From Antedon mediterranea (lineage: Eukaryota > Animalia > Echinodermata): DNA of 64,000 nucleotides. Under the pieces are notes generated by a model, which saw only the letters and a program-made list of their open reading frames with translations, was not told where the DNA came from and did not search any database. The DNA lies in contig NC_092676.1 in NCBI RefSeq assembly GCF_964355755.1, positions 19,920,871-19,984,870 on the forward strand, written 5' to 3'. A program made the position numbers and the translations under genes. Every line of letters starts with the position of its first letter. Positions within the stretch are counted from its first letter, which is position 1. This document shows, in pieces, positions 12,598-24,391 of the stretch.

Positions 12598-14986
12598 TAC
12601 TATAGTACAGGGAAAAAATACCTGTAAATAGTAAAGGGAAATTTTCGAAAAATAGCCATTTTTCGACCCTTTTATTTTATGAAATAGTTACTATAGCATA
12701 ATAAACATGCGCAGAGTCGAATATTAGGTTCTGCACATGTCAATTGCTGTAGTAACCAGTTTTATCTATTTTTTGACATAAATGGTTACTATAGTGGGTT
12801 CTGCACATGTTAATTATGCTATAGTCCCCAGTTTTATCAGAAAATGAAAAGGTCGAAATTTTGCTATTTTTCGAAAAAATCCCTGTAGTATAGTACAGGG
12901 AAATTTTCGAAAAATTGCCATTTTTCGACACTTTTCTTTTATGATATAGTTACTATAGCATAATAAACATGCGTAGAGTCGAATATTAGGTTCTGCGCAT
13001 GTCAATCATGCTATAGTAACCAGTTTTATCTATTTTTTTATATAAATGGTTACTATAGCAAGATAAACATGCGCAGAGTCGAAAATTGGGTTCTGCGCAT
13101 GTTAATTATGCTATAGTAACCAGTTTTATCGGAAAATAAAAAGGTCGAAATTTTGCTATTTTTCGAAAAAATCCCTGTACTATAGTACAGAGAATTTTTC
13201 GAAAAATGGCCATTTTCGACCCTTTTATTTTATGATATAAATAGTTACTATAGCATAATAAACATGCGTAGAATCGAATATTAGGTTCTGCGCATGTCAA
13301 TTATGCTATAGTAACCAGTTTTATCTATTTTTTGACATAAATGGTTACTATAGCAAAATAAACATGCGCAGAGTCGAATATTGGGTTCTGCGCATGTTAA
13401 TTATGCTATAGTAACCAGTTTTATCGGAAAATAAAAAGGTCGAAATTTTGATATTTTTCGAAAAAATACCTGTACTATAGTACAGGGAAATTTTCGAAAA
13501 ATTGCCATTTTTCGACCCTTTTATTTTATGATATAAATAGTTACTATAGCATAATAAACATGCGTAGAGTCGAATATTAGGTTCTGCGCATGTCAATTAT
13601 GCTATAGTAACCAGTTTTATCGGAAAATAAAAAGGTCGAAATTTTTCTACTTTTCGAAAAATCACCGTACTATAATAGTACTGGGAATTTTTCAAGAAAT
13701 GGCCATTTTTCGACCCTTTTATTTTATGACATAAATAGTTACTATAGCATAATAAACATGCGTAGAGTCGAATATTAGGTTCTGCGCATGTCAATTGCTG
13801 TAGTAACCAGTTTTATCTATTTTTTGACATAAATGGTTACTATAGCAAAATAAACATGCGCAGAGTCGAATATTGGGTTCTGCGCATGTTAATTATGCTA
13901 TAGTAACCAGTTTTATCGGAAAATAAAAAGGTTGAAATTTTGATATTTTTCGAAAAAATACCTGTGCTATAGTAGAGGGAAATTTTCAAAAAATTGCCAT
14001 TTTTCGACACTTTCATTTTATGAAATAGTTACTATAGCATAATAAACATGCGCAGAGTCGAATATTAGGTTCTGCGCATGTCAATTATGCTATAGTAACC
14101 AGTTTTATCTATTTTTTGACATAAATGGTTACTATAGCAAAATGAACATGCGCAGAGTCGAATATTGGGTTCTCCGCATGTTAATTATGCTATAGTAACC
14201 AGTTTTATCGGAAAATAAAAAGGTCGAAATTTTGCTATTTTTCGAAAAAATCCTTGTACTATAGTACAGGGAATTTTTCAAGAAATGGCCATTTTTCGAC
14301 CCTTTTATTTTATGACATAAATAGTTACTATAACATAATAAACATGCGTAGAGTCGAATATTAGGTTCTGCGCATGTCAATTGCTGTAGTAACCAGTTTT
14401 ATCTATTTTTTGACATAAATGGTTACTATAGCAAAATAAACATGTGCAGAGTCGAATATTGGGTTCTGCGCTTGTTAATTATACTATAGTTACCAGTTTT
14501 ATTGCAAAATAAAAGGGTCGAAATTTTGATATTTTTCGAAAAAATCCCTGTAATATATAGTACAGAGAAATCTTCCAAAAATTGCCATTTTTTCGACCCT
14601 TTTATTTTATGATATAAATAGTTACTATAGCATAATAAACATGCGCAGAGTCGAATATTAGGTTCTGCGCATGTCAATAATGCTATAGTAACCAGTTTCA
14701 TCTATTTTTTGACATAAATGGTTACTATAGCAAAATGAACATGCGCAGAGTCGAATATTGGGTTCTGCGCATGTTAATTATGCTATAGTAACCAGTTTTA
14801 TCGGAAAATAAAAAGGTTGAAATTTTGCTATTTTTCGAAAAAATACCTGTACTATAGTACAGGGAAATTTTCGAAAATGGCAATTTTTCGACCCTTTTAT
14901 TTTATGATATAAATAGTTACTATAGCATAATAAACATGCGTAGATTCGAATATTAGGTTCTGCGCATGTCAATTATGCTATAGTAA
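12598..14986. repeat. Higher-order palindromic satellite; alternating ~195-bp (A) and ~100-bp (B) units
   Basis: Each unit is bounded by TGCTATAGTAAC/GTTACTATAGCA; A has a central palindrome CCCTGTACTATAGTACAGGG; linker hairpin CATGCGCAGA...TCTGCGCATG; degenerate copies continue to about 15250. Confidence 0.92.
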
Positions 14987-15713
14987 ACATATATCATATG
15001 GCAATATTTTCGCATAATAATTAAATTGTAAAAAGTGGCTAAAAAATCCCTGTATTATGATGATTATAGTACAAGGAAGTTTTCGAAAACCGACCAAATT
15101 TCAACCCTTTTTCGACATAACTAGTTACTATGGCTCTATAAGATGATGTACACACAATATATGCGCATATATGGGGAAATTTTCGAAAAATGGCAACATT
15201 TTGAACCTTTTATTTTTTGACATAACTAGTTCTTATAGGCCTAGCTCTTAAATGATGATAACACAACACATGTGCTATAGTATAACAATATTGCTATATT
15301 CGCGCTTGCCAAAGTAAGAAGTTTGGCCAAAATTGCCCTAATGGCTGCCCATATATATAGGAATATTCTATTAGTAGGAAGGTAGACTTGTTTCTCACGA
15401 TCCATGATTACCCCTTCCTCCCCCAGCCCTTCTGGAATCTTATTATATGATATTGCAGAAACATCTGAAATGAATAGAAGAGTTATAACAAAATTTAAAA
15501 AATCAATGCTGCAGCAGTTAAACTAGATCCGTATTTGAAACAAATTAAATTTTAAAATGAAGTGAAAATAATTACCTAATTTGAAATGGAATCATCGGTT
15601 TAAATTAACAACAAAAAAACAAAGCTGGAGAAAGAGAGGCAGAAAATTGAAAGTTACAGTAACCAGTTATTAGGCTAATTATTGCATAGAGCATAGACCT
15701 AAAAGAATAAGAA

Positions 15714-16063
15714 ATGGAGGAATCAAAAAGTGAAAAAGGTGTCAAAAGGAAACATGACTCAATTTCGTTGTTGGACGAACAGAAACTACTCAGCGGTAGT
15801 CACAACAGTAGGCCTACGTTAACCAAGAAAGGCAGTCCCAAAACGAAAGATCAAGCCTTAAAATCCCACGAAGGACCGGGAGTATTCAGCTCTTCCAGTA
15901 AAGACCTAGTAGGCCTAGGTGATTTAGAGGAAGGAGGCGAAGATACGGATCGTAGCCGAGAACCCTTAGCTAAAATTGGGCGATTTGGAAGTGTTACTGA
16001 TGAAGAACATCATTTGCAAAAAAGTAAAGAAGATTTGGCACAAGAAGAAAGAGAGAAAATGCA
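15714..16063 (+). CDS. TAF11: TAF11 exon 1
   Basis: ATG...EEREKM, donor GTAAAT at 16064, phase 2. Confidence 0.88.
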
Positions 16064-17476
16064 GTAAATAAATATTCAATATTATACTAGGCCTAGGCCC
16101 TAGCTAGGCCTATTGTGTTGTCATTTTATGTAGGCCTATTTATTAACGCCGGTACCGTTGCCATCTTTTTTAGCCATAACGATTTATTAATTTATAGTAA
16201 AGTAATAGTATAGCCTATGACTACAGTATGTCTATTAAATAGGCTAAAAAAAAAATACTACAGTACTGGCATGGTTTGTAATCTATTTCTAGTTAGCAAC
16301 CCTAACTTTTCTTTATATCATATTGTTATTTATTAACGTACTGTATGTACACAAAATAGTACTGTAAGCTACTCTACTACTACTAGGCCTAGTCTAGCCG
16401 GAACCTAATACTATACTGTACAATATTTTATTTTGGAATATAGTAGATGTCACTTTATAATTATATTCACTCACCATTAATTGCCTTTACTCACCATTGC
16501 CTTCTAGGAGGCTTAGCAGAGCCTCGGTGGGATGTGTTCTTTGGGTCTGGCCCAACATGTTCTAAAGACTAAGCCAAACGAACATGATAAATATTTTGAT
16601 TTGGTGGCACATCATGAATTATAGCATTCCATACACTCAGCGACCAAACAGCAGCTTATATCTACACTGTAACTGTACAAAATGATAATGCTAAATATAT
16701 TTCAACTTTTCTTTTAGGGTTCTAGTTGAAGCCTTTTCTGAGGAGCAGCTAAATCGGTATGAGATGTTTAGGAGAGCAGCTTTTCCTAGGGCAGCTGTTA
16801 AAAGGGTATACTGAATTCAAATTTAATTATGAATAGACCAGACATTTTGACATGAACATAGGCAGTTATTTGTACAATTACAAATGTATTGATGCTGTAA
16901 TTCTAATAGATGGTGGTCTATACTTATAGGCTCATTGTTATATTAATTTTGTTTTTCTTTTCAGATTATGCAATCAATAACAGGTGGCACAGTGTCCCAA
17001 AATGTTGTCATTGCAATGGCTGGTATTGCAAAAGTGTACGTTGGAGAAATTGTTGAGCAAGGTTAGTAGTCACTTGTATTAAAATTAAATAAATTAAAGT
17101 GCTGTGTGGAGATACTAAAGCCAAATTATAATCATGTCTTGGGACCATTCTACAGTTACAATAAGATCAGTGCTTCTATGAATGGATGTTCTGTTGAGCG
17201 TAGGAACGCAAGTTGATCATACCCAGTTACCGTTTTGATTTTATGATTAATCGGGAAATCACCTCACAGTACCTGGAAGAAGAATCTGGTGCTTTTGTAC
17301 AATACTACAAAATTAACACTAAGAATTGTGCTTTGTTTCTTTCAGGCTTAGATGCTGTAGGTGAGTGTGGCGATGTTGGCCCTCTCCAACCTAAACATAT
17401 ACGAGAAGCTGTGCGTCGTCTGAAGGCTCAGGACAACTTTCCAACAACAAAATACAAGAATAGTATGTTTAGGTAG
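15714..17476 (+). CDS. TAF11: Transcription initiation factor TFIID subunit 11, 4 exons, 221 aa
   Basis: Exons 15714-16063, 16718-16805, 16965-17061 and 17346-17476 total 666 nt. Histone fold [70 protein letters not shown]...[15 protein letters not shown] matches TAF11. Confidence 0.96.
16508..16653 (+). ncRNA. Candidate box H/ACA snoRNA in TAF11 intron 1
   Basis: Hairpin 1 GGCTTAG/CTAAGCC with upper stem TGGGATGTGTT/AACATGTTCTA; ANANNA boxes (AAACGA, ACATGA); hairpin 2 TTGGT/ACCAA; ACA at 16648-16650; GC-richer than flanking intron. Confidence 0.6.
16718..16805 (+). CDS. TAF11: TAF11 exon 2
   Basis: [29 protein letters not shown]. Confidence 0.95.
16965..17061 (+). CDS. TAF11: TAF11 exon 3
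   Basis: [32 protein letters not shown]. Confidence 0.95.
17101..17224 (+). ncRNA. Weaker candidate H/ACA snoRNA in TAF11 intron 3
   Basis: Hairpin GCTGTG/TACAGT, H box ACAATA (17158-17163), hairpin GATCAG/TTGATC followed by ATA (ANA variant). Confidence 0.35.
17346..17476 (+). CDS. TAF11: TAF11 exon 4
   Basis: [27 protein letters not shown]...MFR*. Confidence 0.95.
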
Positions 17477-18116
17477 TATAGGGATAGCCAAGACATAAAG
17501 CACAATGATGGTTTTGGTAGACTTCATACAGCCAGGGGCCTGTAGCTGTATTCACCAATCACACTTAAGCAAGACATTTCCCTTAACTCAATAAATAATA
17601 TAATTGGGTATGAAATTATAGTCCCACAGGCCTGGATGCATGAAATTGTATACAAGTATGGTGAAATTATGCTCAGATTGTATTAAAATTGTCCAAATGT
17701 TCAGTCTATATTAAGAGGTGGGATACTCAAGGAGTCATTTACAGTATTATTTTATATAATTTCCTCCCGAACCCTATATACACAATTTGGGTTAGATAGG
17801 GTATGTGGAACAAGTAGAGGTTTAGGCCTGCATATAAGATCTAAAAAAAAATTCATATAAATTACTGTACTATGATTATGATTTTTTAAAGAACATTTTG
17901 TGTTTTTATACTCAAGGATGTATATATTATGTACATACATGTTTAATTAAATAAATTGTAACAGTAATAAGATAATTTCTATATCTTTAATTTCTGCTAT
18001 CCGTGTCTTCTACCACCCAGTGATATTGTATACTGGTAGTAAATTTTTAAATATTCTGTTTGCACAAGACATCCTACCATAAGACCACTGGGCAGTGTAT
18101 GGAGCAAATCCGATTC

Positions 18117-18837
18117 CATAGCAAAATCCTTGGCATGTTACAGTGGAATAACACTACTGTAACATAGCAAAATCCTTATAACACTACTGTAACATAGCAA
18201 AATCCTTGTCATGTTACAGTGGAATAACACTACTGTAACATAGCAAAATCCTTGGCATGTTACAGTGGAATAACACTACTGTAACATAGCAAAATCCTTG
18301 GCATGTTACAGTGGAATAACACTACTGTAACATAGCAAAATCCTTGTCATGTTACAGTGGAATAACACTACTGTAACATAGCAAAATCCTTGGCATGTTA
18401 CAGTGGAATAACACTACTGTAACATAGCAAAATCCTTGGCATGTTACAGTGGAATAACACTACTGTAACATAGCAAAATCTTTGTCATGTTACAGTGGAA
18501 TAACACTACTGTAACATAGCAAAATCCTTGGCATGTTACAGTGGAATAACACTACTGTAACATAGCAAAATCTTTGTCATGTTACAGTGGAATAACACTA
18601 CTGTAACATAGCAAAATCCTTGGCATGTTACAGTGGAATAACACTACTGTAACATAGCAAAATCCTTGGCATGTTACAGTGAAATAACACTACTGTAACA
18701 TAGCAAAATCCTTGTCATGTTACAGTGGAATAACACTACAGTAACATAGCAAAATCCTTGGCATGTTACAGTGGAATAACACTACTAGTAACATAGCAAA
18801 ATCCTTGGCATGTTACAGTGGAATAACACTACTGTAA
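18117..18837. repeat. 46-bp minisatellite, about 15 copies, internally palindromic
   Basis: Unit CATAGCAAAATCCTTGGCATGTTACAGTGGAATAACACTACTGTAA; ATGTTACAGT pairs with ACTGTAACAT. Confidence 0.93.
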
Positions 18838-18848
18838 TTGAATTCGAT

Positions 18849-19208
18849 AATGTAATGTAATGAGACATTAATATAGCGCTATTTCATGAAGATCAACAAC
18901 ATTCTTCTTCCCTAAGGGTCACATCGTGTCATTGGCAGCCAACTACGGGACCATTACGTCTGTCCACGACAGTGTGTGTGTATGAACTAGTACACCGGGG
19001 TAACCCGCTACTCGTCTCGAAAGATGTACTAGGTTCTTTAAAGTGCACACGAGCAAGTTGTGTACACTGGACCTACGGTTTATAGTCCTTATCCGAGAAG
19101 ACTTGTTTTACCACCAGAACCATGGAACGAGTGAGCCTCGAACCCTTGCGGATGTTATGGCTATGGAGTACGGTTCCACTGTCTAAACTGCTCGGCCACT
19201 CACTCGCT
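18849..19208 (-). mobile_element. tRNA-headed SINE with Deu/Nin-like core, (CATTA)n tail
   Basis: A box TGGCCGAGCAG, B box GGTTCGAGGC; core GGATAAGGACTATAAACCGTAGGTCC...CTTTAAAGAACC...TTCGAGACGAGTAG resembles the Deu domain; GCGCTATAT L2-like end. Confidence 0.75.
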
Positions 19209-20414
19209 CTAGTTGTTTAGTACTGTAATTAAGTAAAGAAAATACACTACTGGAACGATAGTCATGGTAAATTGATCTCATAAACCACTTCAAAAAGGTG
19301 CTAATTGGCATGCCATACATAGCTACAATTAAAACACGGTTTAACTACGTACATAGCTTTTAATATAATCTACTCACAACTCTATACATTATTTGGGTAT
19401 ACTGTATTAAGACAACAAAAACTCATAAGGGTTGCCTTGCATATCTCAAACATTCAGTTATTAAAGATATATCTGATCATTTACATTAACATCAGAACCA
19501 ATATATCTTCAAAAGACATGCAGCACATTGGACTTCAATAAACATGAAAACCAAACTAATTAATTATTCATATTGAAATCATATGCAAATTAAACATTTG
19601 CATGTTTCTTTCTCCAATCTGACCACAATGGTAAACTATAGGACAGTATGCAAATGAAAATATTTGCATGTATTTTCTTGAATTGAATAAAATTATTTTA
19701 AAAACCTAAATAATAGATTATTCATGAATGCTTTATTTGTTTTAATGAATAAACAATGAATTATTAATTATTCTGTACATTTCAGGTTTGCTCGGTCTAT
19801 TTTAATCTGTGTATATATTCCTATTTCAATCAATATTATCTTAATTAAAAAGAATCTGAATTTAGAATTCATCTGACCAAAAAAAAAACACTGTCAATGT
19901 TAGAAAGAAGGATGTTCCAACAACCCCATGCACACAACAAATTGACATGACCTTGAGTTCATGAAATAAATGCAGATAATAATGTTGATATTACTGGACA
20001 CAATAGCGTACACCACTACATTGTGTGCCAACACTGAAAATATGATATTGAAATTGCACAAAAAAAATATTATGACATAATATTATTAAGTGATAAAACA
20101 GCACCAACTTAATATGGAGCTTTAAAATTAAAATGATTTCCTAATACCATTTTTATTCATCCCCAACTTTAAAATTGTAGCAATCAAGTTTTCAGAGTTC
20201 AGGTTTGAAACAAAAATGTGTGAATATAAAAATAAAGTATTTGAACAACATAAAATGTTCATCTTTTACAGAAAATACAGATTATTCATACAATGGTTTA
20301 ATTGTATGCAAATAAATAAGTCTACTAAACAACAATTTGGCATTATATACTGTAATGTTGGATATTTCCAAATCTGAGAATGTGCTTTTAAAAAAAAATT
20401 TCTGTTGTAATGAT

Positions 20415-20762
20415 GCATGAGTATAAGATGCATGGGTATCCGATGCACGGGTATCCGATGCACGGGTATCCGATGCACGGGTATAAGATGCACGGGTATC
20501 CGATGCACGGGTAACCGATGCACGGGTCACCGATGCACGGGTATCCGATGCACGGGTAACCGATGCACGGGTGTCCGATGCACGGGTATCCGATGCACGG
20601 GTATCCGATGCACGGGTATCCGATGAACGGGTATCCGATGCACGGGTATCCGATGCACGGGTATCCGATGAACGGGTATCCGATGCACGGGTATCCGATG
20701 CACGGGTATCCGATGCACAGGTATCCGATGCATGGGTATCTGATATGCTAATATCCGATATG
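20415..20762. repeat. 15-bp CpG-rich minisatellite (GGGTATCCGATGCAC)n, about 23 copies
   Basis: Direct tandem periodicity; explains the spurious repetitive ORFs. Confidence 0.93.
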
Positions 20763-22989
20763 CTTGTACTAATTACACATTTAAAACAATGCATGCAAAC
20801 ATTTTTAGGTAACTCATGAAAATCAGATAAAACTATAATATACAGTAGCAGATGCAGCATATACTATTGTACAGTAACACTCCAGCTTCTCAACTACCTT
20901 ATTCTATTATTTAAAATAATTCATTTAAATTCTTTTAAAAATTATTCCTAAGCATAATTATTGTCACTCTAACATCTGCAAAGAAGTTTGTAGATGAAAG
21001 AACAAGATGAATACTTGTGAACATTTTATACAATTTATCTAGATATTCTAGGCAGAATGAAAATACTCTGCATAAACTAAATTTTTTATTTCTACATGCA
21101 TAACTTTTTTTAAAGACATACAGTATTTATTTTTACATTTGGTCCAACAACAGAAATAGTAATGTTAATGCATCAGGGTGGAAATGAGTGTACAATTTCA
21201 AGTACCATACTTACAAGGAGTTAAACCCACCTGTCGGTACAGCCCACTCCCTGGAGTAAAAAATGCATCATTCCCCCAGGGGTGTAAAAGGGGTAACAGA
21301 GGGTTATAGAGTACAGCCATAAGTACAGTAGTAGATCAACTATGAAAATGAAAGACTGTTATTAACATCTATACTTTTTATATGTATAGTCACTGATGTC
21401 AAATCGAAAATATTTACATTGAATTTACAGTTTTCCTAACAAATATTCATTTTAAATATATGTATTTTTATTTAAAATCAATTATAGTTACAATTTTTTA
21501 GAATCTTTTTCGATTTGTACTGTTAATTTAAATAAATATAATTATGTTTCATTCATGCAAATAATAAATCTTTAAATTTAGTTGTTAATTACTATGTACA
21601 GGCGATGCGTTACCACACTCTTGAGGCAAAACAAGCATATTTGTTAACTAGGTAACAGAGGGAGGGACTGAATCTTTTTCTTCCATCCATTGTCATTATC
21701 ACAAAACAAACATATTTGTTAACTATGTAACAGAGGGAAGGAGTGAATCCTGCTCTTCCATCAACTGTCATTACCGCCTTAATTTCTAAATTGTTTATAA
21801 CTAAAGTAGGGATACAGTAAATCCTGCTCTTTCAATAGTTATATCCTTTACATGCATACATTATTCACAAATTAAATAGAAATATTAAATTATCTTTGTA
21901 AGGTGTTTGGTGTTGTATTATTTTCTTTAATGAACTTAATAAGGTCTAAATGTTGATACCAATTATGTATGAATTTAAGATAAAATGTTGTAAATTAACA
22001 TCTTTATTGATTTATTATAGCGAGGAGCTTGTTTGACTAGATTGTGTTTACTACACGTATGTACACATTTAAAGTCAGCAATCGACTCGCCTGGGAAAAT
22101 GTCTAATTAAAGTCAGCCAGTGGCCTACATTCAGTCAGTTTTCACATGCAATTGTTATGTATAGTAGAATGAATATCAAAAACAGACCATGCTTATGTGC
22201 CTGTAAATATATACTTAGTTTGACCTACAGAAAGCCTGTATGGCACCCCATTTCAATAAAGTAGAACACCTTCAATCCAGGGGAGTTCCATTTTAGGGGG
22301 GGGGGGCATTCCTGTGAAACCAATAATCCATAGTGAAACAAATAAAAGGGGAAATACAGTATGTCTTTTAAGACTATGGCCAATACAATCCATGTTCAGG
22401 AACACCCTCTATTAAGGGGACAATTTGTTGGGTCCCAAAGATGTCTCCTTAATTATTTATGGTGGTTAAACTACAATTAAAGATCAACATAAATAACACA
22501 GTATCATTGAATTATTATGATCACTATTGCACAATTTACTAATTATAATCGGAATGTAGAAATCATAAATATTTGTAACTAAATAAGGTTTACTCTTCTG
22601 TAGAAGAGATAGAGGAATTTAAACCAATTATTGTACTCCATGGATATATTAAAATCTTGAACAGCAAATTATTTCATACTTTGGATCTGTATGGGTATGT
22701 CTCGGTCAACCAATATGATAGGAATTTATATCATGTTTGATTAGGATAGCAAAGAAAAATGTCTTATTAGCTATGAAATCAAGCAATTACATAGGAGTAA
22801 TTCAGACTCTTGGATGTAGATGCCATTAGAGGATTTTTTGCTATTACTACTTAAAAAAAAAACCCAAAAGAATTGCATTGTTTTAGAATACATTAACATG
22901 ATATTAATATGGAAGATAATAATATACAAATAAGAAATAGTAATAATTCAGAAATAGAGGTAGAAAGAAAAAGGTCAAAGGTGAATAAG

Positions 22990-23480
22990 AAAAATGCCCA
23001 GGTCATTCTGTGAGGTACATCCAGTTGAACTCAACTTCTGAATACTTCTGTAGATGGAAGCTGGTTTAGCATGTTTTTAATTTTCATGATCCATATGGAT
23101 TTTGGTCTTCCTCTTGGCCATCTTACTTTTCTATTTAACTTTTGCAGAAGCCTCTTCATGGTTTCCTCCTCTTAAGCTCTGTCTACACTAGCAAACTAGT
23201 TTGACACGAAAAGTGATGTGCTCAAATATAATAATGATATGCCCTATTATGGTTGATAATGTAGACAGGTCGAGCTTTAGAGGTTCTTCTGTACATATTT
23301 TTAACTGTGATTTATTCTTGTATCCTTTTTCAAGCATCTGTACAGTGCCTTGTATGATCAACATCATTTGTAGATAATTCAATATGACAACGTTTGCTTT
23401 CACCTTTCAACCTTTGCTGATGTACGATCCATTATTAGTTGTGCTTTCAGCTTTTTAATTCTCGTTGAGCATATAACTGA
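22990..23480 (-). mobile_element. Highly degraded RTE-like LINE 3' fragment interrupted by a MITE (23175-23276)
   Basis: Minus-strand residual frame RWPRGRPKSIW resembles the RTE C-terminal RxRGRP..W motif; many stops. Confidence 0.35.
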
Positions 23481-24114
23481 CAAAAAAACATAGCAGTTCA
23501 AAATCACCGATCCATTAAAACATTGCAGAACCTTCCGAGAGAAAGTTATTTTTAGTTTCTATATTCCAATCAGAATATTAATATAAACAGAAAACTATGT
23601 TGTTCTATCGCTATAAATATCTGAATTAACTGAAAAATAAATAATACGAGTTGATGGATTAATGACTAAATCCTGTATTAAGACTGTTGATTAAGACAGA
23701 TTAACCCAACTTGTCCATTCCACAAAATCATTGTGTTCGATCCATTTTCCAATGAATGTATTGGTTGATGTGGTCACATCTGAAACTATGTTTGGATGCT
23801 TACATCATGTACAAAGCTAGATGATATAGTAAATCCAGTTAGCTTAATATTTCATCATTAGTGGATATGCAACACTTCAGTTTAAAGCCAACGAAATCAG
23901 ATCAATAGTCCATAGTGATTGAAATCTATTTTTGTTTTCACTAAAAACATTATTTTAAAATTCTGATAAAGACTTGATAACTACTTGATCGCAAATCTTC
24001 AAAATCAAATAATATATGTTTAGTCACAAATACTTTTCTTGTTAAAACTGAGGTAAAGATGTGAATAGTGTTTTAAATATATTTCCTGATTTTGGGAGTT
24101 TTTTTTATTGTAGA

Positions 24115-24300
24115 ATCAATCAATATTTAATCGATTGATCAATCAATATTAATCAATCCATGTTCCAATCAATCAATCAATCAATATTTAATTGATCAAT
24201 CAGTCCATGTTTAAATAAATCAATCAATATTTAATCGATCAATCAATCGATCGATGTTCCAATAAATCAATCAATGTATCAATTTCAATCAATTTTCCAA
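24115..24300. repeat. Degenerate (ATCA)n microsatellite immediately 3' of the PTP stop codon
   Basis: AATCAATCAATC runs. Confidence 0.75.
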
Positions 24301-24391
24301 TCATTCTGCTAGTGCTGGCAAGCTTTTCTCGTACAAACATAGTGCTTGGTGGACAAATTCATACTGCTCGTTGGTTTGTATCATGCCGCCC
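24301..24391 (-). CDS. PTPRR: KIM-PTP terminal exon (GGMIQTNEQYEFVHQAL...LAE*)
   Basis: Q loop; TGA at 24303-24301. Confidence 0.93.

Noticed and set aside
12598-14986. CRISPR-like array and the repeated MTCAEPNIR ORFs
   Set aside because: Intervening sequences are repeated rather than unique spacers, there are no cas genes, and the context is eukaryotic. The ORFs are by-products of the satellite.
16833-16921. Stem ATAGACCA/TGGTCTAT in TAF11 intron 2 as a C/D snoRNA
   Set aside because: No recognisable C (RTGATGA) or D (CTGA) boxes inside the stem.
18117-18837. Palindromic 46-bp repeats as CRISPR direct repeats
   Set aside because: Units are contiguous with no spacers.
20266-20860. Repetitive ORFs (ASDTR, HRIPV, GIRCT)
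   Set aside because: All frames are open because of a 15-bp minisatellite; no splice or start context.
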